A DNA stretch of 56,696 nucleotides, filler included, from Bipalium vagum (taxonomy: Eukaryota): NCBI GenBank assembly GCA_037834085.1. It is 3 parts of 3 records of this genome, joined end to end, with 100 filler letters (N's around TTAATTAATTAA, not from the genome) between each part and the next. Parts side by side here need not be neighbours in the genome. Positions count along the whole stretch, not along the records: positions 41,120 to 56,696 come from JBBMKC010158765.1; 2 more parts are not named here. One strand, 5' to 3'. Positions 49,960-56,696 of this stretch are shown here, in pieces (the first letter of the stretch is position 1; the number at the start of each line of letters is the position of its first letter). The position numbers and the translations under genes were made by a program. The notes below the pieces were generated by a model. That model did no database searches and was not told where the DNA came from. It worked only from the letters and a program-made list of their open reading frames with translations.

Positions 49960-50658
49960 GCTTTATATACTTTTTTTCCTTGAGATATTCGATCGGCATC
50001 CATTTGAATAATAACTTTTGGTTTCTTTTTATGCCCATGTCTTTAAATGTCCAAAAGGAATAGATCAGGTGGCGTTAGAAAAGATGTATTTTTGTTAATT
50101 TCATTAAATAGACTTCACAAATTACAATTCTTTCAGAATGTTCTTCGTCAGGTAACTTATAATAATTTTTTACCTTGCATGGATTAAGTTGAAAATTTTT
50201 ATTACTAGATTATGTACAGCAATAAAAGCTGCTCCAACTTCATTAGCAACAGTTCTTAGGGATATCTCAAGAGCTTTTCAAAAGCCTGACTTATTTTTCA
50301 TATTTTTCATCTTCAATTGATGGTCTTTCATATTTCTAGAGATCACAAATACTCAGTTTTTTTCAATTTTGCAAATATTTTCCTCATTGTCCTCGCTGTA
50401 AGAATTTTTTCAAAATTCCGTCTGACTATTTTGAATGATACATATTAAATATCAATAAAACAATTTTCAATTATCAACATTATTAAAATTTGAATTTTCT
50501 GCAATTAAAATCGATAACATCGATTTATTAAAACAAATAAAAAATTCAATGACATTTCGGAAATTTCAATTTTAGATAAACGTAATTGACCCTACTTAAT
50601 ATCAATATATATTTTGCTGAACTCCAAAATCGGATACTTACTTTATACACACCCTGTA
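49960..50658 (-). mobile_element. rosa/maT-like element 5' half
   Basis: TA|CAGGGTGTGTATAAAG TIR; ERPSIEDEKYEKISQAF, SLRTVANEVG, LNPCKVK..KLPDEEHSERIVICE. Confidence 0.6.
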
Positions 50659-51690
50659 CATATTAAGTGTCATTAGAAAATCTCAGAATATTGATACGAC
50701 TCCGATATTGATAAATAACATCTCAATAATAAAATATTAAAATGTTTATGACAGAAAAAACAAGCTATAATTTTCAGATGTTACTACGACTGATATTAAG
50801 AAATCAACGATTTTTTCTCTTCATAATTACTGTTATATATCATTGCTATTTTGCCAACCTGAAATAATAGCATAATAAAAAGAATATTTTTTCTTTCGTA
50901 TTACTATGATTTTTTCAAAAACCAATGAATAAAAATAATTATCTAATCATGTAGGCAGACAAAATAAGATCTTGGAGAAAATTATGTGGAGAAATGTAAA
51001 AAATATTTTATTTTGTAAAGTTAGGTTGATTTTTTAAAAAAACAGAATTTGTGTGCAGACAAATAATTATTAAAAATGCATTCTTAATTAACACAATTAC
51101 GCATGTCTAAACGTTTACAGATTAAAAATTAAATTAAATTAATAACAAGAGATATTTTAATATTTGCAATTTTCTTCATAATAATAATAATAATACATTC
51201 ATAAAAATTCTTTTCATTATTAATAGTTTCATGATTGTACAAATGAAGCTGGTGTATTTTATTTTGATCTTTAAAGAAATTCAAAATTAATAACAAAAAC
51301 GGTCTCTGTTTGAATGAAGTTGTCACTCAACACATCTTGTAATTCTCTATCTTCAAACTTTTTGACTGACTTTGTCTTTTCTTTTCATTCAAATCGAACC
51401 AGAATTTAAACTTTGACAATTCGGAGCCACGTCAACATACCTTTCTTTGATGCACTTCTACAACTGATATCTGTATATTGAATAAAAAAATTATTACATG
51501 TCTGAAATTTAATTTTGTTCTGTTCATTTATTGCGCCTATTAAGTGTTTATTTAAACAAATAGCATTTCTAAATCTAAACTTACATTAGATATTCAAATA
51601 TTTTTAAAAAATGTTTATTTTAACTTTATTGAAAATATAACTAATGTTATTGCTTATTTCAATTTTAAACAAGAATGAATGCAGTATAAC

Positions 51691-51767
<77 letters not shown>
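51691..51767. repeat. (AAT)n microsatellite, about 25 units
   Basis: Perfect trinucleotide run. Confidence 0.95.
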
Positions 51768-52671
51768 GTAAAATCAAATTAAATTAATGTTGCCTTTCTC
51801 AAATTATAATTTATTTATATTTTTATCAAATTAATTGCTTGAATAACCACAGAATGTTGAAATATTTCTTTAATCCACATTTGCTGGATATTTTTCCATT
51901 CGAGCTTATTTTCATCCTTTTTCTCTATTAATATACTACCAATTTTGTCCTGTTTGTTTGATGTGTTATTTTATTACACTGTTTACAAAGTTAACAATAT
52001 GAAACAGGCTTCAATGTAACTCCCGTACAATTAGTTTGTGTAGTAAATCAATCGGATCAACAACGATCTTCATTATCATTACAATACAATGTGTTCACAT
52101 ATCGGCACAATTTTTAATAATGTTTATCAAAAAAAACCTTAAAAAAACAACAAATCGACTAAAATGAACTAATCAAAATCATATGATTTTATTTAAATAG
52201 CTCACAATTGATGTTGAACTTTAATTAAACAATAAAGATGAAAACAGTAGTTACTGTAAAATTAATTAACCAATGAGATATCAGGAAAAGGTTAAATAAC
52301 ATTCAAGGATTTCAAAAAGACAATAACATTAAAATCCTCTTACCACTACGGAAAATCGACCGATTCCTACGTTATCAGCTAGACACCGCAGTTAGAGACA
52401 ACCAAGCACCACAGAATCATTTATCCAGAATAAAATAAAACATCATAGGGTTTCTGAAAAGATAAATTTTTCTCTTAATAAATATCAATAATAATTCACC
52501 ACTAAATCTTCCTCAACAATAATTTATCAATATATCAATATATATCTTCAACGTTACAATAGCTCACCGAAGGAATAATGAACGTCTGTTGTTGATTCAT
52601 AAAAATATTAATCAGAACTTATGATATTATTATATTAATTATTCATTGTTACTTTAGTTTACAATTCCAAC

Positions 52672-52672
<1 letters not shown>

Positions 52673-52715
<43 letters not shown>

Positions 52716-52743
52716 CATTATTATTATCATTATCATCATTATT
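52673..52743. repeat. (ATT)n/(ATC) microsatellite
   Basis: Trinucleotide run with ATC interruptions. Confidence 0.9.
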
Positions 52744-54320
52744 ACTGACCCTGTTGCGGACATTCTTCGCCTTATCACTATCTGGGTGGTGCATTTGGGG
52801 AACCAAGCATAATGTTCAATAGAAATTCAATTCATCAGCTTTAATCTTTGAGAAATAATCATTTTTCATCTCTAGTATATGACTCCCATTACCTTCCCTA
52901 CTAATGGACGTCGTATCCTTTGGATCTAATGAAATATCATAAGAGTCATAACGTATACCATCACCTCTTAAACTATTCCTTCATAATTATTTAAATAAGA
53001 AAACAAATTTTATCCTACGACCATCTTAACCAGCTGCAATGTTTCACAGATCACCATCGGTCATATGAACCAACTTTCTCTTTTCATAACTGAAAAACCC
53101 ACAAAATAATAACCAACTTAAATTAGTTATACTACTCACAAATTTATGAAACGAAGTTTGAGATACACTTCAGTTGGTTGCATCGACCCCATTAGTAAAA
53201 GAATATATACATGACAAGTGGATAATAGACGATACAAATAAAATAATAATCGCTTTAATTAGTAAATTTATAAAATAATTTTTAATTTAACCAATACTGT
53301 TGAAAATATTTAAAAAAATAAGAGTTTTTCTATCAGAACCCATTTGAAACTTAATCAATTATTTATTATTTATCATTAGATTTTAATAAAAAGATATATG
53401 AAAACTTCTCAAATTTAAAACTGCTGAGTGAAAATCGTCAATTATTCCTCATATGAATTTGCCACTGAAGAATATAAATAAAATAAATAATTATTATTTA
53501 TGCTGAATTAAAATTTAAAATAATCAATACAGCACAATCCATTGATTGTATTAACAACCATCTCGTGAAATTGTATTATGCAATTATGGAAAATATTTAC
53601 TTTTTTTTTGTTTTAATTTATCCGGATAAACTTGATGCAAAAGTGAAAATTGTTTCATTAAATGTTGATTTTGCATGTAACATTCATTTGGAGAACAACT
53701 TTTCATCTTTCTATTGGGAAAAAAAAAAGAGATTTACATTGAAATTAAAGTAGATTTTTCCCCCTAAATATATTCTTCTCAAATAATAATTTGTAAAATT
53801 TTTCCGATATCTCCTTCTTCGGGAAAAAATTATTTATCGATATTTTGATTTAATTTTTATTGAAAAGTGAAATTCATGTTTTGTGAGAAAAGGAATAAGC
53901 ATTTCTTTCAATTCATTCCATTTCTTCTTATTCATACATGGATTATTATACGATACATTTTCACTTTGTGTTTCTCCTTTGTTTTTGTTTATACAAGGTA
54001 CTTCTATTGTGAGATTTCACCTCATCTTTTACAGAATTTTCTTGATGGAGAAATATATGAAAAATATTTTCATTTTATTTTTATTTTTTCGCTTGATTTT
54101 TTTCTTATTCTCCTTCACGCTTATTTGTAATAGTTAGATTTTGAATATTGACAATAAAACAATTATCAATATATTCCCGTGTTGGTTATTAGGTTTAGGG
54201 TAAGGAGTTCTTCTTTTATTTTAAAATTCTTTTTCTGCAGTAATTAAAATAATAATTGCTTGAAGACTTGATGATATACTTGTTTTAATGTAGTGAAAAT
54301 ATAATGAAAAATATTTCTAG

Positions 54321-54503
54321 ATCCCGGGGAACCCTTGCCTAACTTGGAATGGATCGATACGGAAAGCAGAATTGTTATTTCAGAAACATATTTATATGAG
54401 GTGAAAAAATCCAATTCCAACCACAATGGAAGATATCAATGCATAGCGAAAAATGAAATGGGATCAACAGTTTCTTTAGAGACTGCATCAGTCACGGTTC
54501 ATG
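54321..54503 (+). CDS. Immunoglobulin-superfamily protein exon (second half of the Ig domain)
   Basis: ttctag|ATCCCGGG...CATG|gtgggt; 183 nt, phase 1 to 1; PGEPLPNLEW...HNGRYQCIAKNEMGS...ASVTVH (C-strand Trp, G-x-Y-x-C-x-A-x-N motif). Confidence 0.88.
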
Positions 54504-54779
54504 GTGGGTTATTTTGGCTTTATATGTAATTTATTTTGTAATTCAACATAATATTTCATTTGTTAATATAAGATTTAAAACTGAGCTTTTACAATATGAA
54601 TAACTTTTTGTATACGTCAACAGCAAAAGTGGTTGGCAATTGTTTAATCTTAACCAAGCACCGTTTTCCTCTGCAAAATCTGAGCATGGTCTATAAAATG
54701 TTATTATTTTGTGGGATGTTCGTGACAGCACTCTAAAGTCGAACTCTATTCTCAGCAATTAGAAACTGAGTCAAAATAA

Positions 54780-55152
54780 CAGGCCTAGTTAAGAAAAAGA
54801 AATTTTAATCGAAATTTTAGCGACAATGTGAAATTACATACTACTAAACTGATTTAGGAGAAGATGCAGATGTTTGGAGTGTAGATCTCTCCCCTTCCAT
54901 CATATTCTCCTGAAATCACCGCATCGGATTATTACTTATTTCCATCTCTTCAAAATTATTTAAATGGACAGAAGTTTCAAAAGTAAAAAGCTCAGACTTT
55001 TTTGACTCAAAATATTGAAGCACTCTCCCAGAGATGGTCACCAGTTATCCAATCCGATGGAGAATATATCATTGAATGACATTCAAAAACTCTTTATATA
55101 GTGATTTAAATAGATTACCGAAAAATAAAATTACTTATTCCTTTATCCAATA
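54780..55152 (+). mobile_element. mariner 3' end with right TIR
   Basis: SDNVKLH, SYSPEITASDYYLFPSLQNYL, QRWSPVIQSDGEYI; TIR TTACTTATTCCTTTATCCAATA. Confidence 0.85.
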
Positions 55153-55912
55153 AAAAACGATAAATTATGTTATGATTATTGAATATATTTGCTTTACATC
55201 TGGATTAACAGTTCTTATATTTCTTCCGCCGCTGCATTTTTGGTCTAATAAAATTTTAGCAGATCTTTTCTTTGATTTGATTTAATTTTCTTTTTTATTT
55301 ATTTCTTTTTACTTGTTTCCTTAAGAACAATTAGACCCGATAATTATCTCCTGGTCAAAATAATAGCTTTGAATTTAATAAATGTTACAATTACTGCCCA
55401 TTAAGGTAATAATAGTTACAGAAAATATTTATTTATTTTTGACTGAAGATTTCGAATACAAGATGAGATTGAAAAGTTATTGGTTATTTATATTTCCATG
55501 ACTTCTTTGATTTCATAATTACTTTATATTTTGTTCCAATGAGAGATACAAATGTGAACAATTTATGCTACTTTTTAAATTTTATAATATTATAATTTTC
55601 ATTTGTTGATATTTGTTGATATTTGTTAGGCGACAGTAAAAATGAAAATCAATTTTAAAAACATTATTTATTAGACAAAATAATGTAATTGTAATATTAT
55701 TTAAATTAATCTGGTTTGTTTCTGCTTTCAGTAAATTTATTTTTAATTTTTAAATAAAAAATTTATTGTTACACACAAATTATAAAATATTATTTTATTA
55801 TATTATGCTTAATGTGTGTAAATTATATTAATACTTTAATTGATTAAAAAACCTTAGGCTGACATAAATATAAATGATACTAAGATAAATTTTTTTATTA
55901 CAGCAAAAGAGA

Positions 55913-56696
55913 TATTAAGGCGAAGGAATAAGTAACTGCATATTTTATTAGGCTGTAAAGTTCAAAATCCAACTTATTATAAACTGATTTTTGAGACCAT
56001 ATTTCTCAACAATAAATAAAAAAAATTATAATTACTATTTATTTAATGTTAGTAACATGTTGTTTTACTGATTAGTTTGATTTAATAATTTTGCAACATT
56101 TTAAATAATTTGATAAACTTAATTTTAGATGAATACTGAAGAAATTCATATCAGGCATTGTTTGATATAAAAATTGAGAAAGGGACCAACCAGCCTAAAT
56201 GCATTTAAAAACATATCAACAACCTATCCTGAATGTAATCTGTCACTAGATAAATGTCAAAGATGATTTTGAAGATTTAAAGGCGGTAATTTTGATATTT
56301 CCGAAAAAAGAGGAGGAAGTTCATCAAATTTGGATAACAATATTCGTCTATCTCTTATCGAGGGAGATCCTATGTGTACAACGCATCATTTGGGAGATTA
56401 CCTTCAGGTCTCCCGCACTACCATTGCCACTCATCTTCTACGGAATAGGAAAGGTTTATGGATTCCTCATTGTTTAAGTGAAAACAACAAAAAGAGCAGA
56501 TTGTTAACTTGTTCTTCTCTTCTCCAAAGATTCAATAGCGATAGTTTTTTAAAAAGAATTGTAACAGGAGATGAGACGTAGGTGTGCTACGTTAACATGA
56601 AAAGAAAAAAGCAGTGGCCTACGCCTGGCCAGAAGCCAATACCCACTGCCAAACCAGACCTTCATCCTCGCCGAATTATGATGTCTGTTTGGTGGG
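55913..56696 (+). mobile_element. mariner 5' two-thirds, truncated by window end
   Basis: TIR TATTAAGGCGAAGGAATAAGTAA; ATG 56130 MNTEEIHIRHCL; WIPHCLSE, FLKRIVTGDET*V, KPDLHPRRIMMSVWW. Confidence 0.9.

Noticed and set aside
50118-50158. Minus-strand CTGACGA..GAAA hammerhead-like motif
   Set aside because: Marginal stems, and it coincides with transposase codons (LPDEEHSERI)

Overview
Very AT-rich eukaryotic (animal-like, probably invertebrate) genomic scaffold, not prokaryotic. There are no rRNA, tRNA, CRISPR or operon features. Two 100-nt assembly gaps carry a TTAATTAATTAA linker (21502-21601, 41020-41119). Two fragmented host genes can be spliced together from the sequence. (1) Minus strand: the 3' half of an srGAP-like gene (SH3 domain, coiled coil with KHTPDLV motif, Pro-rich end; exons 13198-18874), which mixes 42-59 nt introns with kb-sized, TE-filled introns. 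(2) Plus strand: an Ig-superfamily gene whose single visible Ig domain is split by a 10.6-kb intron (43592-43684 + 54321-54503). The rest is mostly decayed transposons: many mariner, Tc1/Tc3, rosa/maT and pogo remnants, a hAT MITE with a perfect 8-bp TSD, and Penelope-like remnants. The most notable items are: a GC-rich NeSL/Utopia-type non-LTR retrotransposon with zinc fingers, a Ulp1 (SUMO-protease-like) domain and RT, nested in a Tc3-like transposon rather than an snRNA/SL gene; a minimal hammerhead ribozyme at the 3' end of a Penelope-like remnant, with a possible degenerate homologue in the 3' UTR of the NeSL-like element; an intron-containing Merlin (IS1016-like) transposon with long tandem-repeat-bearing TIRs nested in a mariner; and a second RT-like fragment that interrupts a mariner at its WVPHEL motif. 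All calls come from manual reading and translation; no database searches were run.
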